Part shown: positions 12,515 through 26,870 of the stretch, piece by piece
How positions within the stretch are numbered: position 1 is the first letter of the stretch
Layout of the letters: every line of letters starts with the position of its first letter
Source of the DNA: Octopus vulgaris
Lineage: Eukaryota
Reading direction: 5' to 3'
Assembly (NCBI GenBank): GCA_951406725.2
Contig: OX597823.1
Span: forward strand, 42,656,001 to 42,720,000
Length of the DNA: 64,000 nt
Notes under the pieces: generated by a model
What the model saw: only the letters and a program-made list of their open reading frames with translations
Told to the model about the DNA's origin: nothing
The model's database searches: none
Position numbers and translations under genes: made by a program

Positions 12515-14116
12515 CGCGTAAATGTGCATGCGTACATGTGTACATGTGTATCTGTACATGCATATAGGTCTGTGTGTGTGTATGCGTGCTTCAGCAGACT
12601 TAGACATCTTATCTGTATAATATTATATCTTCTTTTTACCTCTAGCACGAATCGAGATGTCATACAATGAGGATTCTGATGTTAAGAGAAGCAAATTCAA
12701 TTTCGAAATCATACTTCAAATTTATTACTCTCTTTATTATATCACTGACATTTAGTCTTGAACGTCATTTATATTTCCTGGCTAAAAAAAAATAGCAACC
12801 CCCACCAAAAAAAAAAACAAAAACTGCAGAATCGTAGCAGTTGGATGGATAAGGTGTTGACTCTTTAGATTAAGCAGTTAAGACTACGTGCATTTTTACT
12901 AGTGGGAACCTGAGTTCTTCGAGCGTACAATTACCTTCGCTTGAAGCGACATTTTCCCTTGTTGTCGGCAGAGGTAATACTTCCCGGAACATCTTTTTCT
13001 ACTTTAAAGTTATTCCGGCTATTTTGCTCTCCGAGCACCCTTCTTCACAGATGATTACGTTAGGCAGGTAATAATAGAAGCAACTAACTACTTCAATGGA
13101 CAGTCCACCCATGGGAACCCAAACCCTTGTAATATACTTTAATATTTTATCCTTTACTTGTTCAGTCATAGGGCTGAGGGCATGGTGAGATACCGACTTG
13201 AAGGGTTTAGTGGAACTAAGTATGGTACTTATTCTATCGATCTTTTGTTGAACTTCTAAGTTACCGAAGCATAAACAGACCAATGCTGTTTGTCAAGTGG
13301 TGAGGAGATAGAAGCAAAGACTCAATCACATACATCCACACAAATGTATATACGACGTGCTTCCACACAGCTTTTATCAACTGAGTCCCCTCAATAAGCA
13401 TTGGGCGGTGTGGGGCCCCAGTAGATGATGCTTGTCCAAGGAGCCAAGCAGTGGAATTGAACCTGAAACTACGTGGCTGCAAAGCAAACTTTTTAACTGC
13501 GCAGCCATGCCTGTGCAGACCACACAGCCATACCTGTGCATACCACACACTTATGTCGAATGCTAGTTGAAAATTCTTAGGCTGCTGTTTCTTGCCGGAA
13601 GAAAGATCACGTCAGTATTCTGTAGTCATAATTTTCGTAATAATTGTTGTTGTTTGGTTAGCTGCAGCTCGACCCTGATTGAACAAATTTATAATCAAAG
13701 AAACATGCCGTTATTTTCACAAGGCAGTAAGATATAGTTTGAAGTGAATTTGACTGTTATTTCTCGCGGGTCGAGTGAGTAGTTAGGGACATTAATGTAG
13801 CATAATATACATTACTAGATTGAGAAAACTGAACAAGTTTGCAGAAAGTCATCCTTATCGTCACCCCTGCACCTCCACCTCATCATCACCATCGTTATCA
13901 TCATCCTCATGATCATCATCCCAACCGCAATCATTTTTAGGATTACTTCACTTATCTCCGATTCTAAGATTTGTTTATATATATATATATATAATATTTA
14001 GAGGTTCCACACGGATGTATATTGAAATTATGTGTCCCGAAACCGTTATATATTTCCTTTCTATTTTCCATCATAAATTTTCTCAGAATTTCTGTCTTCT
14101 CATTTTCTCATTTGTT

Positions 14117-14176
<60 letters not shown>

Positions 14177-16379
14177 TAATACACGTTTCAATTGCACTTG
14201 GATGTCTGATGAAATGGTCTGGTTATGTAATGATATGATATAGTACATTACTGACCAAATAAACAACCATCGTTTGGAACGTATATAACATGAAGCGAAC
14301 AATACTTCTTTCCATATACCACTGTATATGTGTATGTGCTGTGTGTATATGTATATGTGTGTGTATATGAAAGTATACACGTATACATACAAACCCCATG
14401 ACCTCCAAGGAGTCGAAAATTTAGAATAAAGGCTATACATCTTCATGAATGAGAGAAATCAATCGACAATACTTTATATCTCTGCTTCATAAATAACGCG
14501 ACTTATCCATAATGTGAATGTAATGCAAACGATCTTTATTTTGGCATCATAATATAATTAACATTGTACTGTCCAAAGGAAACAGTAGATCTGTATCTTA
14601 CAAGAAACACTTAGGCTCAGTGAATCTTGAATTTCTATAAAACTCAGTAGAAATCAATTCCCTAAGAATTTTTGAAGCACAACTTACTCCAAGATCTCTC
14701 TATCCAACACAATTAATTGAAACTGGAACAATTGATGCTAGTAATATTTCTGATATCTGGCAGAAGGCCTGAAATTTTGAAAAGGAAAAGGCGATTACAA
14801 TGAATCCAGTGCTCAGTTGGCACTGTCTTGTCGACCGCGAAAGGATGAAATTCTTTGGTATAACTTGAACTCAAAACGTAGAACCGGAATGTCCGGTGTC
14901 CTGAAATGCCTGCTCGCTGGTATAAATGCAAGCAATAATGTATCTAAAATGGTAACTTTCACAAATATATAATTCTCAGAGACATAAATTGTCTGTTGAA
15001 AGAAAGAATAAACATCACAGATTGTGTAAATAAACAAAGCATGGACAGCAGAATGTCCGACATAAAAGAACACGGCACGAATTCTCGAATAAAATAAATG
15101 ACTTCTTTGAAAATGAGACAGTAGGAAGATATAACATGGCTGTAGACAACATAAAAAACGAATGCTAAAGTTGTCTATAAATTCGAGAAAGAATTAGCTT
15201 CGGTGGATTACAATATAGTACTATTATTCCAAGGAAATAGATCACTAACTGTAGACAGCAGAAGAGTAAGTTTATTACTGAATGAATAATGCAAAGGTTT
15301 TTTCACATGCAAATAAAGGTGCCAAGTGAATTCTTCAACACAACAGTTTTACATCGATTACATTGATATAAGGAAAGAAGATGGAATATTAGCTGAAGTT
15401 ATTATGAACCGAAAATCAGCAAAATTGAGGGCTTCTTAATATTCTCTTAGTAATACGTAAAAAAGGGGTTTTCAAAACCACTTTAGATACCTTTTATAAT
15501 ATTCTGGCAAGTGGTAAGTTCTTTCAAATGCCAAAAGTATAGGTAGAATTGATGCTTAAAATTACAGTCCTACCGTTTTAAATGTACACATTAGCAAAAT
15601 CATGGAACTAATTAACCGATTACATTCTTCGTGTTAAATGACATGAAGACTGAATCCATATACTTCTGCAGGAACACATATACTCTCGATTGGTCTTGAG
15701 CCACAAAGCAGGGAATGAGGAAAAGATCCCCCGCATTAAACCCAACCTAGTATTGGTACCAGGAAGTTACGCAACCGCAGAGCATATACAATTTAACCAT
15801 TTTTTGTCGTACATTCTTTTTGCTCAAAATTTGGAGTTATTGCTCTTTTGAAGAAGAGTCGACCACATCTGGAAATTACAAACAAAAACTTCAGATTGAA
15901 GATTAAATGAATATTAAATGAAATCGTAACGTTTTAATCGTACAAAAATGGAAGCAAAATGTGAGATCAGATGACATCAGAATAAAGGAGTAACATAAAA
16001 AATCTACATTGTCAAAACTTCTTTTCAAACACCAGATCAGAAATATTCGGCAAATGCAAACAGTTTGAAAGGCGTTTATTACAGAATAGAAAAACGCCAA
16101 CTTCAAAAAAGGAAAACCACACAATTGCACGGATATTGGAAATTGGTGCATATTAGATTTTCTTCTCTTTACTAGGTAACTTCTATCCTCTTCCACTTTT
16201 CCACTTTCATTTGTTTAATTTTTCCGCAAATATAAACCTTCATCTTTTATGGCTACTTTGTTGTTGCCCATTTGATTATAAATCAGTACTCTTCATTTCT
16301 AAATATCATACTTGTTTTTTCTAATTTTTCAAATATAAATATATTTATGTTCTTCAAAATCTCAAAAATTAAAAACTGT

Positions 16380-16580
16380 TATTGTTCCACCGCTTTCATT
16401 CAAGAGGGCTACGTAAGTAGTTTTCCTCTGTCCATTAGTTATAGCGCAAGAGGATATGTGATGGACAAGACTGTAAAAATTGAGGAAAGCCATTTTCCTT
16501 TCCGAACCATTTCTCATTGAGTTTTTCAACTATCACTTAGAAAAAGAAGTAATGATGATGAGAGATGATGTTAAGAATGC
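16380..16580 (+). mobile_element. Tx1/L1-like LINE ORF2 3' end, decayed
   Basis: IVPPLSFKR...M*WTRL...FLSEPFLIEFFNYHLEKEV. It parallels the fragment at 16950-17425. Confidence 0.55.
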
Positions 16581-16949
16581 ACCTCTAGATTGAAACCAAT
16601 AGCTATGCGAGAAGAGTGCCTTTGGCAAGTAAGAGTACTTGACTGTGTTTGATTCATTCATTGGTCCTAGCAGATATGTCACATTTATGTAACCTGTCAT
16701 TGCAATGTCCCTTTCATTTGTTGCCCCAGTGACAAACAAGAAAAAATTAGGCAGTGCAGTCGGTAGATGTTCCACTTTAACTACATACAGAGAACTAGTT
16801 GTAGGTAAAAATGATGACACTTTTGGGGAAAATGTCGGCGTTTACGAGAACAAACAGGCTAGCCTTTGCGAGAAAATTTTGTGTCAGTGACTACCATGCA
16901 TAATTCCAGTTATCCTTAGCTTAGCAATGCAACCTTGGAAATTACCGAA

Positions 16950-17425
16950 TTACCGTTTGATGACGCTCTACAGGCACGAAAGTCCAATCACCCAGGACAG
17001 TTCAAAATGTGAGCAGAACGAGGAAATAGATTTTCATGCACTCATGCGGTAATGGAACATACTCGCGGAATTATGCCGTAGAATGGATCCAGCTATCAGG
17101 CTATTCCATCGTGAAGATAACCTTACTGCCTCCGTTCGGTAGGGCTGGGTAGATTGTTTTTAGAAGTCTGTTGACTATGACATAAGAGAGCATGTAGTGG
17201 ACGAGGCTGAAATGGTTGCAGACGTACATCTCCACCTTTGCTCAAGTCCCATCAACCTTAACGATTTCCACTTGGAAAGGAGACTGAGGATAGTAAGGGA
17301 GGTGCTCTCTCATCCAGGGAAACTGTCAAAAAGAGGGTGATTGCGATTAAAGTGAAAGGGACTATTCTACGCATGCAACTGTAGATCAGACACGATTAGA
17401 AGATGGCACGTGTCTTATGAGGTCG
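16950..17425 (+). mobile_element. Tx1/L1-like LINE ORF2 3' end (cysteine-rich region), decayed
   Basis: LYRH...KCEQNEEIDFHAL (a CxxC..E..H-like remnant), then WTRLK and ...INLNDFHLERRLRIVREV. Confidence 0.55.
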
Positions 17426-17599
17426 AGTTAATCTTGTATGCACGAGGGGGTACTGAAAAGTTCCTGGCTATAAGGATAACGCATCTTCCCCTTTTTCTCT
17501 TCATACGATTCTGGGAAAAACCTGAATGTCCCCTTCAAGAGGCCCGCAACAAACGAACAGTCAACATCACTATAATTATTGTTGTTGTTACTGTCGCCG

Positions 17600-17792
<193 letters not shown>

Positions 17793-17822
17793 AGGTAGCA
17801 TTATTATTATTGTTATAAGTTA

Positions 17823-18340
17823 AGGGGGCGAGCTGGCAGAATCGTCAGTACGCCTCGCGAAATACTTAGCGGTATTTCGCCTGCCGCTACGTTCTGAGTT
17901 CAAATTCCGCCGAGGTCGACTTTGCCTTTCATCCTTTCAGGGTCGATAAATTAAGTACCAGCTACGCACTGGGGTCGATGTAATCGACTTAATCTGTTTG
18001 TCTGTTCTTGTTTGTCCTCTCTGTGTTTAGCCTCTTGTGGGTAGTAAAGAAATAGGTATTTCCAAAGAAATAGGTATTTCGTCTGTCTTTACGTTCTGAG
18101 TTCAAATTTCGCCGAAGTCGACTATGCCTTTCATCCTTTCGGGGTTGATTAAATAAGTACCAGTTACGCACTGGGGTCGATATAATCGACTTAATCCGTT
18201 TGTCTATCCTTGTTTGTTCCCTCAGTGTTTAGCCCCTTGTGGGTAGTAAAGAATTAGGTATTTTGCCTGTCTTCAAATACTACTAGGGTCGACTTTGCCT
18301 TTCATCCTTCCGGGGTCGATAAATTAAGTACCAGTTACGC
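17823..18340 (+). mobile_element. Family-C SINE, one full copy plus two partial tandem copies
   Basis: GGCGAGCTGGCAGAATCG...GTTCTGAGTTCAAATTCCGCCGAGGTCGACTTTGCCTTTCATCCTTTC...GTCGATAAATTAAGTACCAG...GGGTAGTAAAGAAATAGG, restarting at ~18065 and ~18285. Confidence 0.92.
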
Positions 18341-18372
18341 AAATCTGAGGCCTTGTGCTTCCAGTAAGAAGG

Positions 18373-18487
<115 letters not shown>

Positions 18488-19031
18488 ACATTATTCTTTA
18501 TTGGAGGCATGCTGATTATTTTTTCCGTCTAAAAGGGTATATTAGCCGATTCTCTAACCTATTTTCACAGTTATTCTCCTGCGTTCGAGATTTCCTTCAT
18601 TTCAAAAATACCAACTCATTCGGCGATTCAATGTTTGTTTATATATAAAAATGTTTTTACAGGAAGTTAGACTACGAAAAGCAAGAATAACAAAAACAAA
18701 TGGAACAAAAATAAATACGACGACAACATCATCATTGAAAACACCCCCATCCCCTCCACCACTACTACCTACATTGACAACAACAAAAACAACAGCAACA
18801 ATAAGAAGGGCTTTAGCATCCACATGACTATAATATATGTGCAACGAGACATAATGTGTTTCTATGATTATGTATGAGAATGTGCGCTTTCTTGGAAATG
18901 CGTGGTTTACACACAGATACACACATACGAACTATATACATATATACATACCCTTTTTACACAAGCATATAAGAGAATAAGAAAATATTAGATATTACTA
19001 AGTATAATACACACACGTATGCCTGTATACT

Positions 19032-19070
<39 letters not shown>

Positions 19071-19268
19071 GCATACACATATGCATATATATATACGTAT
19101 GTAAATATGTGCATATGTATACTTGCATGTAATCGCCAATACATATCTCCATAGACACACACACATATGCATGTACTTTGCGCTTATATAAATATACATA
19201 TATATAATATATATATATACTTATATCTGTATGTATGTATATATGTACTATTTATTTAGTATTATTAT

Positions 19269-19305
<37 letters not shown>

Positions 19306-19672
19306 AGTATACAGGCATACGTGTGTGTATTATACTTAGTAATATCTAATATTTTCTTATTCTCTTGGACAGCTGGTTCCATATCCCGAGGTTAGAAGTT
19401 TAAACTCACTGGAAAATAAACAATAGGACAACTTGAGTTTATTGAGTTTTAGGTGACAGTCAGTCTGTGTAAAACTGAGAAAGACTATATCAAAGTTGCA
19501 TCTTTTCTACAAGTATAGAGCTTCAGGGTTTGAAGTGGTTTGCGTCGGTAACCCCCAGTTTCTGATAACGTAAGTAAATAACTTAAGTAAACAATAATCG
19601 ATTGGTGGAAACTTTAGAACAGATAAGATAGAAAAATCTATTAAGGTATACATATACATACATACATATATA

Positions 19673-19730
<58 letters not shown>

Positions 19731-19777
19731 GCACACATACTTCTCCACACTTACACACGCATCCATTTCCAAGCAAG

Positions 19778-19852
<75 letters not shown>

Positions 19853-19867
19853 ATTTATGCATATATG

Positions 19868-19908
<41 letters not shown>

Positions 19909-19915
19909 GTATGTG

Positions 19916-19977
<62 letters not shown>

Positions 19978-20210
19978 TGTGCGTGTATATGTGTATATAC
20001 GACGAGCTTCTTTCAGTTTCCGTCTACCAAATCCCCTCGCAAGGCTTTGGTCGGTCCGGAGCTATAGTAGAAAGCACTTTCCCAAGGTGCTACTCAGTGG
20101 GACCGAAACCGGAACCATGCGGTTGAGAAGCAAGCTTCTTACCACACAGTCACGCTTGCGCTTACACACACACACGTACACACACACGCAGACACACACC
20201 ATGAAGACAC

Positions 20211-20510
20211 ATGGCTCAGTGGTTAGAGCGTGGGGCTCATAATCATGAGGTAGTGAGTTCGATTCCTAGACCGAGCTGTGTGTTGTGCTCTCGAGCATAT
20301 CACTATTTCACATTGCTCCAGTTCGCTAGTCGTAGAAATGAGTTGCGACGTCACTGGTGCCAAGCTTTCTCTTGGAAAACATCCGTGGCGAGAAGAAGGG
20401 AGGCGGGTATGCATGACCGAATACTGGTCTTCCATAAAAACAACCTTGCCTGGACTTGTGCCTCGGAGGGGAACTTTCTAGGCGTATGTAAATGATCTTT
20501 ACCCTTATAT
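20211..20510 (+). mobile_element. Family-B tRNA-SINE
   Basis: A-box TGGCTCAGTGG and B-box GTTCGATTCC; body as at 57542. Confidence 0.88.
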
Positions 20511-20531
20511 AGGCACCTTAATGCGTATGTA

Positions 20532-20606
<75 letters not shown>

Positions 20607-21144
20607 GTATATATGTATATATAAGTGCATATTTGTATATTTGTATATATAAGTGTATATCTGTACATACATACACATATAAATATACATTCACGCATGC
20701 ATGTATATTTACATATATACTTATGTAAAGTATGTCTATTTATGACGTAACGGTAATGGATCTTCGTCGGTTTCAGCGATGAGAATTTAGTTGTACGATC
20801 AACTGAATCTTCTGCTCCTGAATTAGTGTGTAAGTAGCTGAGTATTCCAAGCACGCATGTACTTGTTATAGTCATTCTTAGGCGGAATCAGTGCGGCACA
20901 GAGAAAGCTAGAACATTCAATTAGAAGCTCACTGTTTCTGTTTACCCAATTTCGTTAATAGGAATCAATGTAGTGCTAAAAAAATATTAACCCTAGATGC
21001 TACACGGCTGGACCGAACACATGAATGCGAAATGAACTTCTTAACTAATGAGCTATAGTCTGGGTGTGAGTGCGTTTGCGTACCTGCGTGTGACTATATA
21101 TGAATACATACATGCATATACATATATACACACACGCGCACACG

Positions 21145-21189
<45 letters not shown>

Positions 21190-21319
21190 ACAAGTAAGTA
21201 AAAAGTTATTCCTTTATGCTCGCCACATTGCTTTCAGCGCTCGTGTTCTAAATGGTGGTACTATCGTGGTTACGTAATCGATGTCTAACCTTGATCACAC
21301 CAGTTTCCAAGACCGCTCC

Positions 21320-22165
21320 ATCTGCAATGTAATCTGATTTCTCTGGCATGAAGGTGAATCAGGGGCTCAAATTCAATGCAGGCCTTCAATACAGACAGCG
21401 CTCTGCCAATTGTACGAGTGGACTGAAAAATTTAAATTTGGCCGGGCAAGCGTGAAGCACAAAGAGGGTCAGGATGGTCATCAACTTCCACCACTGACAT
21501 GAAGATGGGTTGGTGAAGCAAGGTACGTTATTCTAGTGAATAATGTAGCATGTTCTCTCCAAATTAACAATGGTTTTGCATACGAAATCATACACGACAA
21601 GCTTAGGGTTTGATAAAGTATGTGCGAGACAGGTGCCTTGAGATCTAACCGAAGCACATAAACGTAATCCAATAGTGATCTGTTATCTCTTACTTGACCA
21701 CTAAAACGATGAAAGCAAAACATTTTGGAACGAATAGACACAGGAAATGTGATCTTGGTTTGTCACTGTGGGCTTGAGTCCACAAGGTAGAGTATAGAGC
21801 AAATAGACACGGAATCGCCAGTTAAAAAGAAATTCAAGAATCAACCTTCCATAGAAGTGATACTGACCACTCACTGTTTTGGGGGGACCTGGAAAAGAAG
21901 TCTAAAGTCAGCAGTATAGGCTACACTGAAACACCGGCCAAAAAACAAATATAAGCAATTCACACCGGACGCCATTGCTTTTGGTCAAAGCAAGTGTTAT
22001 TTTTGCAAGAAAATTCAACCCCACATACGGTCGTCCACACCATTGAAATCATTGAAAAACTGGGCTTCGTGCTGCATGAACGCCCTGCATACAGTCTAGA
22101 TCACGACCCTTCCGACTACAACCTTTTGGATCGCTCAAGCATCCCTTACGAGGCCGTCAATTTAC
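21320..22165 (+). mobile_element. Mariner transposase pseudogene
   Basis: Decayed motifs in the expected order: YEWTEKFKFGRASV, KVCARQVP (WVPR), RIDTGN (TGDE), QENSTPHT (HDNARPH), [12 protein letters not shown] (YSPDLAPSDY). Confidence 0.88.
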
Positions 22166-22187
22166 ACACACATATGTGCGTATATAT

Positions 22188-22251
<64 letters not shown>

Positions 22252-22263
22252 GTGCGTATATAT

Positions 22264-22321
<58 letters not shown>

Positions 22322-22328
<7 letters not shown>

Positions 22329-23808
22329 ATACCTGGCGTTGCTCGGGATTAAAATGATATAGTTTGTATACATATATTACAGGTATGTTGAAGTATTATT
22401 GGCAGTCAAATGAATGGACGTGTAACGGTGATATTGTATGTAAATAGGTACATTCCAGAAATGGGCTGCAATGGGAGACGGCAACAGGGAAGTGAACTGT
22501 TGAAATGTTGCAGAAGGCGATGGGTTGACATTGGATTGCTGGTGTGGCTGTAGAATAAGAAACATAAAGTGAGCCTGTGCAATCATATGAGTATATGTAG
22601 TAATAAATTACTTGAAAAATAGGACATAATGGCTTACCATGAGGTATATATGTAGTACGTCTGTATTTTTGTATACAGTGTAAATTAAAGTATAAGCAAA
22701 TGAACGAAGTAGAAGCACATGTATGGAACCGCTAATCTAACGGGAAATGCCACAATAATTATTACAAAGAAACAAAGAATTATATCTAAATAGGATAAAT
22801 TTCTTAATGTAATGGTAAATATGTAATTGTAAATAACTTGCAACCTTGCAACTGCTGCGATAATTATTAACTGGAAATTGAACAGTAAATGTGTTGGACC
22901 TTGCAACCACATTGTTTTTTTCTCAAGAGTTTCGCTTCTAGCACTTCATATACGTACATTCAGGCATGTCAGTCGTCACATATGTATATGAATGTGTAGA
23001 TGATGTGCGTGTATGTTTAATAACGTACGTAATGCAAAAACACACACACTTCCAGACAGGTACACACTCATATACACTCACAGATAGATATAAACTCAAA
23101 TACAATATGTGACGTCGTCGTTGTAGTATAAAATGTTCCTAACATATACTCACTTACATATACTAAGATAGCCACTCAGAGACATACATTCACGTATGTC
23201 AGTAGTTACATGTGTATATGCATGTGTAGATGTGTGTAGGCTAAATAACGTACCTAACGCGGAGAGACGCGCACTAGGAGACATATACACACTCATGCTC
23301 TTATGCACATACACTCACAGACAGATACACAGTCAAATACAAAATGTGATGTTGTCATTGTGGTATAAAATGTACTGTTGACAATAGAAACATTATCTCT
23401 ATGAAATGTTATATGGTTTTAAAGGAAATGAAATTAATCAAAATGTAAATAAAATTTTGTATTGACATTGACCAGCCCTCACATACATATATTTAATTAC
23501 GTACATAACGCAGAAAGACACACACACTATGAGACATACACACGTTCATACACTCACGCACATACTTTCACAGACAGATACACGTCGTGGTTAGAATTAA
23601 AAGTAAAAGGATTAAAGTGAAACAATATGTCACATTTCAATATAGATCATCTTCTCTCACTTTTATTCTTTGACACGTAACACCAAACCAGTGCCAATGT
23701 TGCATTGGTTTAATCCAAATGACAAAACATGACATGTTGACACTCATGGAGCCTAAAAGTGTTACCATGTAAAATTTGACAGACGGAGGGACAAAGGATT
23801 TATATATA
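22322..23808 (-). mobile_element. Non-autonomous Helitron-like element with internal ~230-bp tandem repeats
   Basis: CCTGGCGTTGCTCGGG at ~22332 is the reverse complement of the Helitron 3' hairpin seen at 45345. The other end resembles the 5' end of that element. Repeats lie at ~22950-23140, 23180-23378 and 23495-23590. A possible helicase remnant reads LRNL...FPVRLA. Confidence 0.6.
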
Positions 23809-23826
23809 CATATGCGTATAAGAAGA

Positions 23827-23963
23827 GATGACCACTAAGTGGACTTCCAATGTGCTAGAAGTAGATCACTTGCAATCTAACCACAAAGAAAAGAATGTAC
23901 TCTATGTGATTAGATCGTAGGTGATCTCCTTCTAAAATATTGGATGTCCACTTAGTGGTCATC
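23827..23963. mobile_element. Short hairpin element (59-bp inverted arms, 19-bp loop)
   Basis: GATGACCACTAAGTGGAC... / ...GTCCACTTAGTGGTCATC. Same family as 10787-11267. Confidence 0.8.
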
Positions 23964-24261
23964 CCTTCATATACGCATGTAATACAATTTATCTGAATTT
24001 TCAGATTTTCCTATATGGTAGGCTACGGGTTTTAAATTGCTGTTAATTAAATTAATATTCAATTTATCACCCTCATAATATATATATATATATATATATA
24101 TACTTATATATATATATATATATATACATACATACATACATACATACATACATACATACATACATACATACATAATACATACATAATACATATATATATA
24201 TATATATTAGCACATTGCTTCCCAATCACATGGTTCTGGGTTCAGTCCCATTGCGTGGCAG

Positions 24262-24700
24262 TTGAGAAAGCATTAAGGAGCACACTTCGAGGCGTTTGTT
24301 TTATTGAATCTCGTTCAGTTGACGTGCAACAAACCTATCCGTTTTCTTGACTTCTCCAATTTTTTAATAGGTTGTCCCAAAACACTTGTCCGAGGTGTTT
24401 GGAATTCTGATAAAAGTTTTCGAACCTTTGTTCTTGGAATCTGCTCAACCAAAGCATTTAATCCATCATGCCGACTAACTGATTTTGACCTACCCCTTGG
24501 TTTATATTCAAGGCTATCATCTCGTGAATGAGAGGCTTTGGAACCAACTCTAAACAGTTCTGATGTCAAGAAAACCACTACCAGAGGCCCACTTGATATG
24601 CCATAGAGCCTCTGCGGCAGAGTGACCCAGTTTGGACTCATACGAGAGAATCGCTCCACATAGTTTGGTTGTTATCATTTCCATAAGATCTGTGGGTACG
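24262..24700 (-). mobile_element. Mariner transposase N-terminal fragment, decayed
   Basis: DDSLEYKPRGR...LNALVEQIP...KKLEKSRK...ARQLNEIQ*NKRLEVCSLML matches the mariner HTH to WVPHEL region. Confidence 0.75.
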
Positions 24701-25268
24701 ACGTTTGTATACCAATATATTTGGGAAAGAAAAAGATTAAATGCAAGGTATAGATAATTGAGATTTTAAATTACTGAAATAACAAGTAATTAAAAATGTG
24801 ACATTTCATTTGAAACAACCTAATATAACATACAGTATCATTTAGTTTTAAATGCATGATTAGTTATCAACTGAATACAATCTTAGAAAGTCCAATACAT
24901 CTATTGTTGTCATTGTACACATTTCGCTTCTATCTAATGCTATATCATCCTGGTATTTAAACACCAATAGAGCAATTCAAAATCCTGTATAGTCCTGGTT
25001 TGTATATAACATTTGAAAAAACAGTGTGTATATCATTTTTCCCTTTTGGATAGTCGTGCAACATGTTTATATTAGAGAAACAGAGGACATTTAAACCATG
25101 ATATACATATAGCTGTCATATATGTTAACAGATAATATATGGCTCGTAGATAACCTCCAGGTGAAATTAACCATATATTACTTTATATGCATAACGAAAT
25201 ACATGTATGTTTTTAAACAAACTGGCGGACATACATTTGTAAACGCACACAGATACATACATACATAC

Positions 25269-25321
<53 letters not shown>

Positions 25322-25344
25322 CACACACATATAAATATATATAT

Positions 25345-25377
<33 letters not shown>

Positions 25378-25439
25378 CTCACACACACATATACATAGGT
25401 GTGTAAGTCTTCTTTTATTCTATTATGTGATTAGCACCG

Positions 25440-25571
25440 TATATATATATATATATACATATACATGTATATATATATGTATATATACATGTATATATAT
25501 ATATGTATATATATATATGTATATATATATGTATATATATATGTATATATATGTATATATATGTATATCTA

Positions 25572-25643
<72 letters not shown>

Positions 25644-25709
25644 CATGTACATGTGTATATATATATATATATATACACATGTATATGTATATACATATAT
25701 ATATACATG

Positions 25710-25751
<42 letters not shown>

Positions 25752-25856
25752 CATGTGTATATATATATATATATATATACACACATGTATATGTGTATAT
25801 ATATATATATGTATATACATATACATGTATATATATATATATATACATATACATGT

Positions 25857-25916
<60 letters not shown>

Positions 25917-25999
25917 ATATACATATATATACATATATATATACATATATATATACATATATATATATATATGTATGTATATATATGTATATCTATAAA

Positions 26000-26032
<33 letters not shown>

Positions 26033-26385
26033 GAATAGCTACACACTCACGCGCATATACATACATACACGGATGCGCGCGTACGCACACCCATGCACGT
26101 ACGTACACACACAAACTACACATATACTGAGCAATAATCTAGAATATCGTTGCTAAAAATTTTATGACTCGGTGTGCCCCTGAAGAAGTTTGTGGTTATT
26201 GATGTTATATCGTCCCATGATTGATTGTTTCTTTTAAACTCATTCATGAAACTATTACTGATGCAACGTTAGTACATACATTGCAGCACACAGCCGCATC
26301 TATGTTTGTGTGCGTGTTCGTGCGTGCGTGCAATCAACTGCAATCGTATTGGGTACTTTATTTTTGTTCAAATGAGTCATTCCGT

Positions 26386-26442
<57 letters not shown>

Positions 26443-26558
26443 TGCATATATACATATATACATATGTGTGTAAAAATTTTTTATATATGCATGTGTATAT
26501 ATATATATATATACAAACATTTTCTCTAATATATATACGCATATATGTATATATATAT

Positions 26559-26613
<55 letters not shown>

Positions 26614-26870
26614 CTCAACAAATCCACAAATATATATCAAATATATATATATATATATGCACATATATATTTGTATATATATATCCATATATATATGTAC
26701 ATGCATATATTTATATTTATATATGTATATATATATGTACATATACAAATATACTTATATACATATATACATGTATGCGTATACATACATATTCATACAT
26801 GCGTCTATACATACATACATACACACACACATGCATACAGACATGCATACATACATACATTTTGACATTC
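25440..26870. repeat. Extended (AT)n/(ATAC)/(ATGT) low-complexity region
   Basis: Direct reading; two blocks at ~25440-26030 and ~26390-26860. Confidence 0.95.

Noticed and set aside
12880-13135. Coding-like segment on the minus strand
   Set aside because: No motif I can recognise in any frame.
16440-16890. Possible viral ORF (EPFLIEFFNYHLEKEV...)
   Set aside because: The first part parallels the LINE ORF2 C-terminus also seen at 16950-17425; the rest is short and unassignable.
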